A stretch of DNA of 64,000 bases from Yuukianura sp. NJ FZ-2021. Its lineage: Eukaryota. Shown here one piece after another: positions 49,109 through 64,000 of the stretch. Under the pieces are notes generated by a model that was given only the letters and a program-made list of their open reading frames with translations, was not told where the DNA came from and made no database searches. Position 1 is the stretch's first letter, and every line of letters begins with the position of its first letter. The translations under genes and the position numbers were made by a program. Location: the NCBI GenBank assembly GCA_046563655.1, contig CM102290.1, positions 7,936,001-8,000,000 on the forward strand, read 5' to 3'.

Positions 49109-51051
49109 TTACGATCTGATGTGCTTCCGTTTTGAATTAACAGTTTTTGGCTTTATAGCAAGATCTGCAACTTCTTCTTCCTCGCAGTCGCCCTCATCTT
49201 CATCGTCATCGGTCAAGTTCTCTAAAATTTCGCGTTTGCGTTTATAGATTGCTAATCTCTCCTCGATCGGGTCATCTGTCATCCTCAAAATAACGCTTCT
49301 TTTGGCAGCATTCACTTCATTTAGGATTTGAAGAACTTTTTTCTCTGATGGAAAAAAACAGCGTTGAAGATGGATTATTTTGGAATAGAATTGATTTACA
49401 GTCGTACCACTAATTTTGAGTTCAGTTAGTTTTTCCTTGACACGTTCCTCGACAGCATGGAGAAGTACGATATCACGAGCGGAAATAAATGTAACTGCTA
49501 TTCCAGTTTGTCCAGCCCTACCTGCTCGACCAAGTCGATGAATGTAGTCGGTGGCGAAGGGAACATGATAGTTTACTATAAGGTCAACCGTTTGAATATC
49601 CAATCCTAAAAACAACAAGAGACAATTAGTAAATCATTAAACAAAGTTAATTTATGAATTCTTACCTCTGCTGGCAACGTCAGTCGCAATCAGTGTTGTC
49701 ACTTGTCTAGATTTGAAGATCGATAAAGCCTCGTTTCTCTCTTTCTGTTTCATGCGGGAATGCAGTTGAATGTTTGGAAACTCTAGGTCTTTCATCATTC
49801 CTCCAAGAATACTACAGTCTCTGCCCAGAATAAAAACGAATTTTTGAAACTTATCAATCACCTGCTATAAGAAATGTTTTTTTAAAAGAATGAAGCAAGT
49901 TTACTTGCAAGTTGGTGCGAAGATCATCATTGAACGGACCGGGACGTCAAGTTCGTTGTCCCGGATCATGCGAAGGAGCTCCATAAAGTAACCATCCTTG
50001 AAATCAGGAGCAGAAAATATATAATACTGTTTAATAGTTCGATCGATCGGTAAGTCCCCAGGATTGTCAGCATTATAGTCATACACGTGGAGCTGGAATA
50101 CGAGAAAAGTTTTAATGTTAACGGTCTAACGGTCAGCGTGCAGCATTGACAAAATTATCCAGGATAATAGTAGTGGATCTAAGTGATAACTTTTCTGGGC
50201 TTACTTCCATAGAATTTGACTTTGATATCATTTTAGATACCAAACGTAGCTCATCCGTCACAGTCGCAGAAAAGAATAAATTCTGCCTTCCTAACGATGG
50301 GATGTTGTCCATGATCTGCTTCAATTGTTCGTCAAAGTCGCCCCCAAAAACACGATCAGCCTCATCGATGACTAGGAACTTCAAATTTCGGAATAAGGTT
50401 TTCGTTTCTTCTTTGTTATTTTCGAAGTGATCAGTTAATCTAAACTTGCAGAGTAAACATAATGTTTTAAGGTTGGGCATAAAAAGTCTTAGAGGTACAT
50501 TTAGTACCTTCCAGGCGTCGCGATGATGTGGACAGGTAAAGTTCCAAGTTCCTGAGACTGGTCCTGGAAGTCGATGCCGCCAATAACACAACTGACGCTC
50601 AAATGATTTCCGACGATGGACCGAAACTGGTCAGCGATTTGTGACGCAAGTTCCCGAGTGGGTGTCAAAACTAAGGAGAAACCAGGGTGTGGATCAACGT
50701 TCGAAAGTTGTACTATGGGAATTGCAAAAGCCAGTGTTTTGCCGGTTCCTGTCGGCGAATTCGCAATTACATTACTTTTAGATAGAATTGCTGGGATGCA
50801 GTCAGCTTGAACCTCTGACGGTTTTGAAAGCCCTGCGTAAATACACATAAGTCATTAAAACGTGATAGACAATTCTTTAAAAAAAACGAATGTTGTCCAT
50901 TAACTAACTAACCAAGGTCCTTGCATCGGGAAAGCATATCGGGAGTAAGTCCAAGGGCGTTGAATCCATTGTGCTTCTTGAGCACTGCAGGTACTGAACT
51001 CTTGTGTGGTAGAGCAGTTCTTGATTTTATCGGCGGCTCTTGGGTTGACAT
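49109..51051 (-). CDS. DDX49: DEAD-box RNA helicase, DDX49/DBP8-like, multi-exon and divergent
   Basis: Q motif FNALGL...KPSEVQADCIPAIL; SPTGTGKTLAFAIPI; LTPTRELASQIADQF; ATPGR; DEADR; FSAT; ATDVASRGLDI; YIHRLGRAGRAG. Subfamily assignment is from recalled motifs. Confidence 0.75.
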
Positions 51052-51445
51052 GTTTCTTCAGCGTCACTCTCGGACCTATGAAAACAACATAAAAATTACG
51101 TAAGTAAGTCATATTTCAATCTCAATGTAACCATCATGCAAATTTTAAATCCGTGATCGTCGCTCATTGACAGTCGTGTCGAAAACTTACAAAACGAAGG
51201 ACGATGACAATGGCAACTTCAAATACCTTTCTTGTAAGTTGACCCAAATGGGATAACGGGTTGCACAATTAAAGTTAATTTTTAATTAATTTGTAGAAAT
51301 CTAGTGAAAAACGCCTAACTATTTTGACATTTAATTTGTGAGATTGATTTAAGTACACAGAAACAGGTGATCAACCAACCACGTGCTGACGTACACTCGA
51401 ATTTGAGGAGGTAAGCATTAACAATAGTAATTGTATCCACGCACT

Positions 51446-51602
51446 GTTCCGCATTTTAGTGACTCCAATATTAGTGTGCCATTTTAGGTTAGGTTAGGCC
51501 GGAGTGCCAACTCAAGTAGCCACTTTTACCTTACCTAACCTAAAATGGCAACGTTGCCGCGAATTGTAACCATCCATTGTAGCCACTAAAAATGGCTACA
51601 CT
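51446..51602. mobile_element. Small palindromic AACCTAACCT-type element between the divergent DDX49 and RpS16 genes
   Basis: Inner inverted repeat tgccattttaggttaggttagg / ccttacctaacctaaaatggca; outer inverted repeat cattttagtgactccaat / attgtagccactaaaaatg. Confidence 0.65.
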
Positions 51603-51971
51603 GGGTGGAATCATACGGTCGTTAAACCTTACGTCAACTTTAACTGCTGTGTAGATTTGTATTTCGCGGGTTCCAAATTTAGTAAATTTTCAGCGGGGAA
51701 AAGCGAATAAAGTTATCATATTTTTTGCACAGAAAAGCTATGCTTACATATGTCGAAAAATGTGTTAAGTTGCCTGTTGCTCCCTCTCTTTGACTATTGT
51801 AGAATTCCTATTCCACTTGCCGTGCCTTTGCCTTTATTTCGGCCTCTGTATTTCCTTTCGTTGGCAGAAATTCGGTGCGGTTTCTCGTTCACTAACATCA
51901 ATTTATTCAATTTATTGTATGTGTAGAATATTGTTCAAGTTCATCTTAATTACTAATTGAACAAGTTCATC

Positions 51972-52883
51972 ATGAACAGAGAAGCAACAAACATCCAGTC
52001 GGTCCAAGTATTTGGTCGTAAGGTGAGTCAAATTAATTGTTAGATTGGAATGAGTGAACCGGGTATTTGACCTAAAATCAATGTGAGGGAAGGGCTGCTA
52101 AACGAACAGCGTTGGAAGGTGGTGACCGGAGAAATATGGGTGATTTGATATTGAAGTTTACGGACAGGGCTGACTTTTGTGACTAACAGGTTACTATGCC
52201 TTTTAGTAGAAATCAAAAGTTCCATTAGTGTCCATAAGGATTACATTCCGCTAAACATCCGCACTAGGCACTACCCAGGTTTTCTAGACTAATTGAACTA
52301 ATACTGTGGATGGTTTTTTTTTTTCTAGAAAACAGCCACCGCAGTCGCCTACTGCAGGAATGGACGCGGACTTATTCGAGTAAACGGCCGACCACTCGAG
52401 ATCGTAGAGCCCAAAATCCTCCAATTCAAATTGTTGGAACCCATTCTCTTGCTCGGAAAGGTGAGTTCGTAAATGTGTACTACAACTTGGGATTTGAGTA
52501 GATTGTTAATTTCCATGTCACATTGTAGGACCGTTTTCAAGATGTTGATATCCGGGTACGTGTCAAGGGTGGTGGTCATGTTGCACAAGTCTACGCAATT
52601 CGACAGGCTATCTCAAAGTCCATCGTAGCCTACTACCAGAAATGTAAGCGATGATTGTGATTTTGCCTCCGTAACAAGTTCTTCAAATGGGCATCATTAG
52701 TATTTCTCTAAACTAATCACTGTATATTCCTTTCCAGATGTTGACGAGACTTCGAAAAAGGAAATCAAAGACATTTTGACCCAGTATGACAGAAGTTTGT
52801 TGGTAGCCGATCCCCGACGCTGCGAACCTAAGAAGTTCGGTGGTCCAGGAGCCCGCGCACGATACCAGAAGTCTTACCGTTAA
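51972..52883 (+). CDS. RpS16: 40S ribosomal protein S16 (uS9). Exons 51972-52022, 52329-52460, 52529-52643, 52738-52883
   Basis: [18 protein letters not shown]...VNGRPL...[24 protein letters not shown]...[24 protein letters not shown]. Confidence 0.97.
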
Positions 52884-55800
52884 CTTCGACATTTTATGGG
52901 TTATGTAATTCGTCGTTTTTAAGGTGGCTTTCTGTTTTAATAAATAGCCGAGTCCCTGTTCCAACTTTTTCCACTTAAATTTTGTTTGTTCTGTTTTCAT
53001 AGATTTTGATTTCTATTGCCCAAATTCTATTGTCAATTTCAAACAACCAGGAATTTGAGTTCAGGTGAAAGGTTATGATTAACAGCAGTTTTCATCGGCG
53101 CATTTACTCCTTTGTTAGTGAACGTATGCCGATTAGCTGTATTAACCTATAGATTTGTACAGTTTAGCATTGAAGGGCAGGTCAGAATGACCTAGTCTTG
53201 ATTGCGCACAAAAATAGGCTGACAGTGCTAATGTCATTCGAAAGTTCCGTTTCCCACGCTTCATTCATGTCAGATTTCCGGATAACATTTTCTATTTCTG
53301 AACTGCCAATACTAAACACCCGTGTTGGTCATTGTTTTTGTCTGTGTGGGTGGGTTATAGTCAAATTGTAAAATCGGAGTTTACCTTGGCATTGCTCTGC
53401 TACTGTTAAAATTCGCATCAGTTGAAACAGTGAACAGTCGACACAAATAGATCTCCCATGCATCTGTATTGCAAAGAAAGTCCTGACACACTTGAACCTT
53501 CCTGACTAGAACTTACCTCCTCTGCAGGGTCGCTAACCTCCAAAGATCAAAGGTGCCAAAAAGTGCCGAATCAGGATTTACTGTTTGACAATAATACGTT
53601 GAGTAAGTGTTTTTGTTCCACACGGTGGCATTTGGTCTTCCGGAATTTTTGTGACAGCGGTTCATCCCAAGGTTTGTTGACTTGGGTTGTCTTTAACAAG
53701 TTGAGTAATACCTCATGTTTTTTCGATTTTGGAAAAAAAAGAGTATTCATTTCATGGTATCGTATTCGTAATAGTACACACGAATTTTTTAAATTTTACA
53801 TACGAATTGGTACCAATTTTTTGGATTAGTACCGAAATTGGACCAATTTTGGTTTTTTTTCCTTTTTTTTTTTGTCAATAACCGAGGTAAGTACTCAACC
53901 TGTGAAAGAAAATTCATTTTTCCTTCTCAAGGAACCTTGGGCTCGTCCTTATTAATTGTTTGTTGTTACTCTAGGTTTCATGTTGAGCCAAAACGTGACT
54001 TTTCGTTCCTTCGGATTCATGAACTTTGGACTGAAGAATTCCCAGTTGGCTTCGCAGCTTGTGCTGAAGTTGTCCATCCTTTCTCGATTTGCGTTTCCTT
54101 AAGTTCAAATCTTCTGACTTGGAAAAAGACGCCAAAGGCACCAGCAGCAGCTTTTTGATCTGTCATTTCCAAGTGGGAATTTTCGTCAGGGCGTAGAAAG
54201 ATGGGAGTGGAAGTTTTAATGCGAATGATGTTGAGCCGTCTTGGTAATTTGGCACGCTTCTTTGCCGATTCCTGAACAATCTCAATGGATTCTTTATTGT
54301 GGTGGAAGCGCCAGAGGATGGAGTGCCCGTATATTTATGGAAATGAAGCTTAGCACAGAACATACCGTGCGAAATTTTCAAAAGAAGCGCAGAGCTCGAA
54401 GAATGTCGAAATTTAAAAAAAAATTGCGTCTTTTACTTTACCGTTCTTCACGAATCGGTAAGTTGATTTTAAAAAAATAGAATTTTTTTAAAATAAAAAC
54501 TATGTTAAAAATTCTTTTATCAAAGCATCAATAACAAGCCCAATTTAGAAATTAGCCATAACAAAAAATAGACAAAACATTTTTTTTGGTTTAATTTTTT
54601 GATATCGAAGCAAAATTTTATTAACAGTCAGCGTATCTTTTATGAATTTTGACATGGGTCAAGTAATGCTCAAGGAAAAAAATGGAGTTAGTGACCTCAA
54701 CAAGCCAATGAGCGATCAGAACCGCCACCCAGACGGATACATATTGCGAAGACTTTAAAAAAATTGTTTAGAAACACTTCCTTTGGCATATCCGATTTCT
54801 CAATCCAAGTATTACCAGCAGAATGTTGCCAGTAGCATCGTTGTTTTTTGAAATCGCAGACATACAACTTAATAAAAGTCACACAGCGGGTAAGAAAACC
54901 AGTTGAAACCGTAACATTTTTCATCCACCAAGTCAAAACAGTAGTTAAACCAAAAGTAGTGACAGGAAAATGTGAATGGAAATTTTAACAATTTGAACTT
55001 TTTGAGCCAAAAATGTTTTCACAACTCCTGGACTTGATCCCAAAAAATAAAAATTTCAATCCATGGAGATCAAAATCGTTTATATTGAGATTTAGTGAGG
55101 CGCCAGAGGAAGATCGTGCCATATTCTATTTTTAGCAGATTTTGCATCTTGTTTTTTTTTTCGGTGAGGTGTACTCTTTTGGACATTTGGAGGAATGGAA
55201 AAACATAACGTAGTGGAGGAGGATGATGGGCGGGAACGCGGTAAGATTTGAATTGAGCATTTTTTTGACTCCGCTGGTTTAGAATTCAGTTGTAGGGTGG
55301 AAGACCTTAGGTGCAGAAGCAAAACTTAGCTTTACGGACTGACCGACCACTTTAAGTTTTGTTCTTTTGGAAGTAGTGAAGTGTGATTTGTCTTTAATTA
55401 GATTCAAAGACATGCTTCAGCCTTTTTACAAGTGAGTAGTACAGTGTCAAGAGCTCCCTACGTTGATTTTGATTCAACGCAACAAAGTTTTAGTATTTAG
55501 ATACTTTCCGTGTTTCTGGACACAAGGTTCCAGCAGTGTCTTTCTCCAGTGAAGTAAAAGCAGGAACTCGTAATTATTATTTCGTGACATCAGTTTCATC
55601 AAACACGCCTTCAATTTCTACCAAATTACCAATTTCTGAGTATTGTTTTAAACAGCTTATAATTACACTTTTACATCACTTTTTCCTTCAAACAATTACT
55701 TTGTAGTGTTGTAACGTAAAAGCGTCTTGCAGAATACCAAGTCAAACAGTTTGGGGATTCTGAAGCAACTTAACAATAAGGTGAGATTTTTAAAGTTCCT

Positions 55801-58800
55801 TGTTCCATTTTCTTTTAAATATTATTTTTTGAACCGTTAAAGTGACATTTCCAAAAGCAAATAACAGTTATTTGACTTTTAATTTACTCAAATGGTTCCA
55901 CAAACATGTAAAATAGGAAACACTTAAAGGAAAAGTGGAGTAATAGTTTACAAGTTAAGTGGGATGATGATTCCATATTCAACGCGTTGCTTTCTCTTCT
56001 GAAGCTTTTCCTTTTGACAAAAAGTAACACTTCTCAAGTCAATAAATTAAACGTTAACTTACTTTTTAACTTGTTAAAAGTTGCAACAAGAGGAGAAGAA
56101 AAAAAAAGTAAATTAAAAAAGGAAGTACGACATGTTTGTTATCAAAATCCCCCATCTGAACATTAGTAGTTATACTTTCCATGTAATGATTTCAACGATT
56201 AACGAACTTTTTTGTGCTTCTAAAGCGTTTATGAGAGTTACACTCAAAGTGGCAGCAGGAAATGTCCTTCCGGAATTTCTAATTTTAAAACTGACGCTTA
56301 CTAAAGTAACTAACTAAGCAAGAGTAGCGTCAATTACTCCTTTGACGCTTCGTGACAAGAAATAATAATTGATAATTGGTTAAGAGTGAAAACAAAAGTA
56401 GCTTTATGCGTACAAACAGGACGCATGTGCAGGAGCAGGGTACTTGAGGGCTCCTGAAGCAATTGTAAAGCTCACTGGTTACTAACTAACTAATATTTTG
56501 TATTCAATTTCCTTACTACAAAGTGCTCATGCGTCGTTGTTTTTATAAATTTTGTTCTTAATTAACAGTGACATTTATTAGTAAGGTACAAGTAGTTGGG
56601 AGGCGTGACTGCTGTTCCTTCTTCTTCTTCTTTTGTTAATTGTTGTGTCAATGAGATTTGATTTACGTTCGTTTCGTTTCAAAAGCGTGTAACACGCTTT
56701 GAAATAAAAAAAGAGAATCTTTATGTTTAGGAAATTGTGCTATTACGGCCAAGACCAAAACAATTACAATTAAAACAGACAAGTACGAGTACTGTGTGAT
56801 GCTGAATCGCTCTCTACGGGAAAACTTTTTTTGACAAGGTTAATTGTTTCTAATTTAACGTTAGGAGCAAGGTACAACCTACAACGTATATGTTCAACAC
56901 CGTGTCTTTAAACAATAATTGTAAGTTGTACTTCAGGTGACATTCAAAATTAACAATCTTTTTTTGGATTGGAGGTGGTTATTGCATAACTTGTGTTGTT
57001 GAGATGCATTTTTACTAAAGGTAAGGTGCTTGAAAAATTATTAAAGATGCGCAGAATGAAACAAAATGTTTGATTTCAATCGGTAAATTTGAATTTCAAC
57101 AATGCTAAAATGGATTGTATTTTTTTTCCATATAACATTTCAATTTAGCGTGAACCCTTTGGCGGAAAGTTTTTGATGTAAAAGTTTGATTGTGTGATTG
57201 ACGAAGCCGAATCGAATCAATTTCCTGAATGGAAACTTCGTTCAACATGTTGTAAGACTTTAATTTTTTCAAAATCACGTCCAGAATACTTTGTTTTCTC
57301 CGTAATTCCGATTGTTCATAATTTCTTGTAAGGTGTTATGCCAGGAATGTTGGAGGATGATGTGATATGTTTCAATTTATGTTTCTGAACGCATCAAACC
57401 ATTCTCTTATGTTTGTAAGTTTGTGACTCAGGAACAAGCCTTTTGAATTTTTCATAAGGTGGTACACTAAAAGCACACATCCTGCTGAAAAAATGACAAA
57501 ATTTTGAAAAGTTCCGGGTTTACTGATATAACAACTTTGAAGGCATCAATTTGCTGCTGCTTTTTCTTCGTTTCAGGAGAAAAAAAATTCTGAAGGAACA
57601 TTGTCTGTGTAAACTTGTGTTTTTCAATGGCGAGCGTGCAACACTGAATTGTTTAAATAAATATTTTGACCGTGTATTGGGCTTTGAGTTTGAGTGAAAA
57701 GAGGAAAATCTTTGGAATATTTTAGTGATGCTGTTGGCATTTGAACAGTACTTTTTTTTTCTAAAAAGAACAAGAGAGCGGATTGAGATGATGGGTGAAA
57801 TGGTTCATATGTTGGTTTAGTGCGCTGCTGCGTCCTGCCCGTCTCCTTGAAGCCTTGAAATGATTTCCTTTTGGGTGATCTTGAATTTCTATTCTTAGCC
57901 TATTTGAGAAAGGCGTCTTTCCTTCCGGAAGAAAGTCCTTCCCAAATAGTTAGCATCTGAGTATTAAAATTCCTGGCTTCTGAAGCGTAAGTGCCAATTG
58001 TATGAGCTTCTGCCGTAGTACAAGGAGTCCCGATGTCTATTCGTACTTGTTGGAATTCCAATGATGGAGGAGGAAGCGGCGTTGTTGTCCTTAAGGAGGA
58101 AGTTCTTTGAGTGGTTCTGCTTCAAGTACTTGGGATAAGACATGGCTCCGCTAGACCAGAAACAACCAATGATGACTCCCACTGGTTCCTATGGTTAGCC
58201 TAGGTTTGCTTTATTTTGTTAAGCCTAGCGTTGCTTTGTTTTTTGAGACATGTTTGAACAGACTTCGTTTCAAATAGTCATGGTCCCTTGAAAATGTGCG
58301 TTGCATTACTGCAATTCGTTCATCACTTGCACTTCCTAAATGGCGCTGGACGGAAAGTAACTAATTTTGACTGGAACTGTTTGAAACAGCAAAGATTTTA
58401 TCCTAACTAATGTTAGACTAGCCTAACCTTCCGGAAGCAAAGCACTGTCATTGACCTTTGACATAAGATATTTTATCGCTTTTGCACTATCGTATTTCGA
58501 AATATTGAAATGGGATTTTGAAATAACAAACTTAGAATTCAAATTTCGAACGGTGCTAATAGTGCTAATAGACCAACAGACGCCACTGGTTTAGTTAACT
58601 TAACAAAAATGTTGGTCTAGGGTTACGATTTTATTAATCGACGCGTTTCCGTTCCTTTTGAGGGAACTTAAAACCCCTTGGCAAATTAGTTGCGAGACGC
58701 TGAAACGCCTCAACCATTTCAAAAAAAAATGAATAGGCTTTGAAGCACATGAGTTCACAAAAATCTTGAATTTCTGAAAGGTCAATGTCTACGGATGCTG

Positions 58801-61318
58801 GAGTAAGATAAGCATTTTACACAATCAAACATTACTGTAGTACTTTAAAAAATCTTGTTGAAATCTTGCTGAAAATCTCTTTACCAGAAAGATTTACATT
58901 ATTGTTTCTTTGTCTCTCTGTAATCTGTAAGCGTCATCAAACTTTTACACAAAATTAACATTCTGTACAATTGTTTTTATTTTTCAAGATTTCAACTCTT
59001 CGCGTCATGGCTCAACAGGATTAAATAGTTACAGTTCTAATAACTAGCACCGTTCCACTTGAGCTAAGAAAAGATTTATGTTCACGACCACTTTTGACCA
59101 TCAAATAACGTTGAATGCTACAGCGCATCACCGCGGCGGCGGCAAACTTTTTCTTTTGAAGTTATGGACTTTGGAAACCTTGTTTGAAGATGGTTGAATG
59201 TCATTGTACTCGTCATGCCCTTGTGGTTCTCAAAATTATTATAGGTGTATTTACTCTTAAATTAATTCCATTTCCAATTAAAATGTCTCAGGAGGTCTAT
59301 AACGGAGTTTTGTTTCACCAACCACGCCCTCGCCTCAGCTCGTCTTCTGCCATATTTTAATGGTAAATGCTACATGTTCAAAGACATAAAAAAAAGTTCT
59401 CAAGAAAGTTTTTCAGTCGGCGGCTTTAATTTTAAATGTCATTTTTTACTAGGTTGCTGAATGATAATTTGTCAGCTTGAAGCAGGTCATTTGGGGTCAA
59501 TATTATGCACTTGTTCCCCTACTCAAAACAAAAGGAACAAAAGCAAAAATGGAAATGATAAATATGGGTGTGGTTGTTCTGAAATGTTGAGTTAACTGTA
59601 CCTAAAATCATCTGCATTTGGAACATCAAATGATGCTTTATAGGGATGTCAAGCTCCACTTAAGCAGAGTGGACCAAAGCATCTCCTACCGGAATCTGAT
59701 ATGTATCGGCTCCCGTTTCGCTACCGAAACCAAAACGAGTTAGCAACAAAAATTTAAAAAAAAATGTTTCCAAAAATGGCTACAGAGATGATTTCGGGAT
59801 CAAAAATTTAAAGACGTCAAACGAAAATTTGAAACTGTATCATGACCTGTTTTTTTTTTCAATTTCAATTTTGAACTTTCCATCATCGAAGATTTGAATT
59901 GAGAGGTTGTTGATGGGCTCCACAATGTTTGAATGAGACTTAAATTCAGAAGCTATTTGATTCATACTCGAACTTAATTTTGTGCTCAACTTATTCTGCT
60001 CACGGTTTTTCTTTTTTCACCTCGCCCTGACATCCACATCACGATGCGTTTGAACTCACTTTAATCGTAGAAGTTGAACCGTCATAGTCTAGGCGTCTGT
60101 GTGAGCCCTTCATCAGTTAGCGTTTGGCCAAAGTTTTGATTTTCCGAAAGTTTAAAGTCTTGGATTAGTCAAAAGGTCAAGGCAGACAAGATTTAAGAAG
60201 TTGGAACACTTCGTGACCAGAATCCCAACTTCCGAATTGAAGTCTCTCTCATAGGCATTTAGAGCCGAAGAAGAAGAAGAAGCAAATTGCCGTGTGTAGA
60301 CATCACATCCCTTCCCCCTTGTTTCCTAATTTATTGGTAAACTTTCTCAAAAGATGATCATCATGACTTCATCACTTAAAGTCCTCCTTAAGTGTGTGGT
60401 TCAGTTTAGGAAGTAAGTTGAGAAGCAAGGTGGGTTCAACTACAAATCTTCAGTGCAGTTCAATTAAACTTTTCCTTTTTTGATTCTAATCTTTAGTTCT
60501 AATGTAATTTAGAACAAAAGGAGTCAGACAACTAGTTTTTACCAATTGCTAGCTTTTAGATGACGAAAGAAAAGTGGTGTCGACATTTTAGCAACATTTT
60601 GGATCGTGACAGACTCGCCAGTGACAAAAGCTAACAAGACTTATTACTGTGACGTTTGGAGATGCCAAATGCCAACAAAACAAATGGTTTTGTGAGCATG
60701 TCGCTGGGATACATTCCTAGGGTTTCCTAAAGGTTTGTCGAATAAGAAGATTTGCGTGGACTTGGTTTTTGTTATAGAATGTCCTACTGGTGTCAGTGTC
60801 ATGTAACATTTTAATGCTATCAATTTCAGGGTCTCACCTTGACATAAGAATTAAGTTTAGGAATAAGGAAAATTTTACAGTAGGAATCTGGAACATCATC
60901 TTGAGCCAACAAGATCAAGTTTCTTCTCGCGAAAAAGTAAAGTTTTACAATTTTTAGTTTTTATTGGAATTTCTGGCAGTAGCTAGGAAAGTCAATTAGG
61001 AAAATAGTGCAGAACATTTTTGGAATTTGAAAACTTAGAAAATACAAAGACGTTTTTTAAAATACTGTTCAAATAACAAAACTTATAAAGTGTGAAAAGT
61101 TAAAAAGTGTTTTCAGTGTTGAACGTAAATGCCAAAAAAATTCTTATTGTCCCTGTTAATTTGAACGTTAAACGTGGCGTTAGTTTCGGAAATCATTCAG
61201 GTTTTGAAACTTTATAGGGTATAAATGATATTTTTAAAAGACACTTAACACTAAATTCTTTAATGTGTTTTTTGTTCCAGATAACGAAAGAGCTTTGAAT
61301 TTGGAATCCGTGAAGACA

Positions 61319-63633
<2,315 letters not shown>

Positions 63634-64000
63634 TAAGGCCCTTATGTCTCAACTGTTAATATTCAACTTATTTTTATTTTCAAATCTACTTTAAGTTTAT
63701 TTGTCAAGTGGAATGGGGCAAAGATCCAAAATGAAAAATACATAAAAAGTAATAGGGGACATTGAAAAACACAAGTGACATTGAATTAGACGCGGAGTTT
63801 TGTAAGTCTCTCATTCTTGCCAAAAATTCGTTTGGGTCACAGCTCAAGGTCACATTTTAGTGCTCACAATTTTTGAAAAGTGCCACTTGGCAGGTATATG
63901 CTAAAAAAAAAGTTTTTTCTTTAAAACTCCGCACTGCATGTGGCATGACCTGACATCCAAGACACAAGACATTGATCAATGGCATCACTTTCTATGTCAA

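Noticed and set aside
52644..52737. C/D-box snoRNA in RpS16 intron 3
   Set aside because: Only a weak C-like GCGATGA is present, with no CTGA D box.

Overview
AT-rich, intron-containing arthropod DNA; the Met and calcitonin sequences suggest a pancrustacean. Genes in order: Methoprene-tolerant (Met, bHLH-PAS, +); NEDD8 E2 Ubc12/UBE2M (-); mRpL22 (+); a GPI-anchored Ly6/three-finger protein (-); a 3-exon calcitonin-type neuropeptide precursor whose last two exons are absent from the ORF track (-); cytoplasmic leucyl-tRNA synthetase (LARS, +); a ~5.9-kb tandem duplication carrying a divergent EB1/MAPRE gene and a PTCD3 pseudogene; a DDX49/DBP8-like helicase (-); RpS16 (+); and the 5' part of an MLCK-like (sqa-type) kinase (+). 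The most striking structure is the block between the convergent LARS and DDX49 genes. It is circularly permuted: later PTCD3 exons precede earlier ones, and both ends fall in the same PTCD3 intron at a TTAAA microhomology. This is the expected footprint of integration through a circular DNA intermediate. A foldback element inside copy 1 later received a poly(A)-tailed insertion with a 13-bp TSD. Several MITE- and Helentron-like elements are also present. Exon models were read by eye, and family assignments rest on recalled motifs, not database searches.
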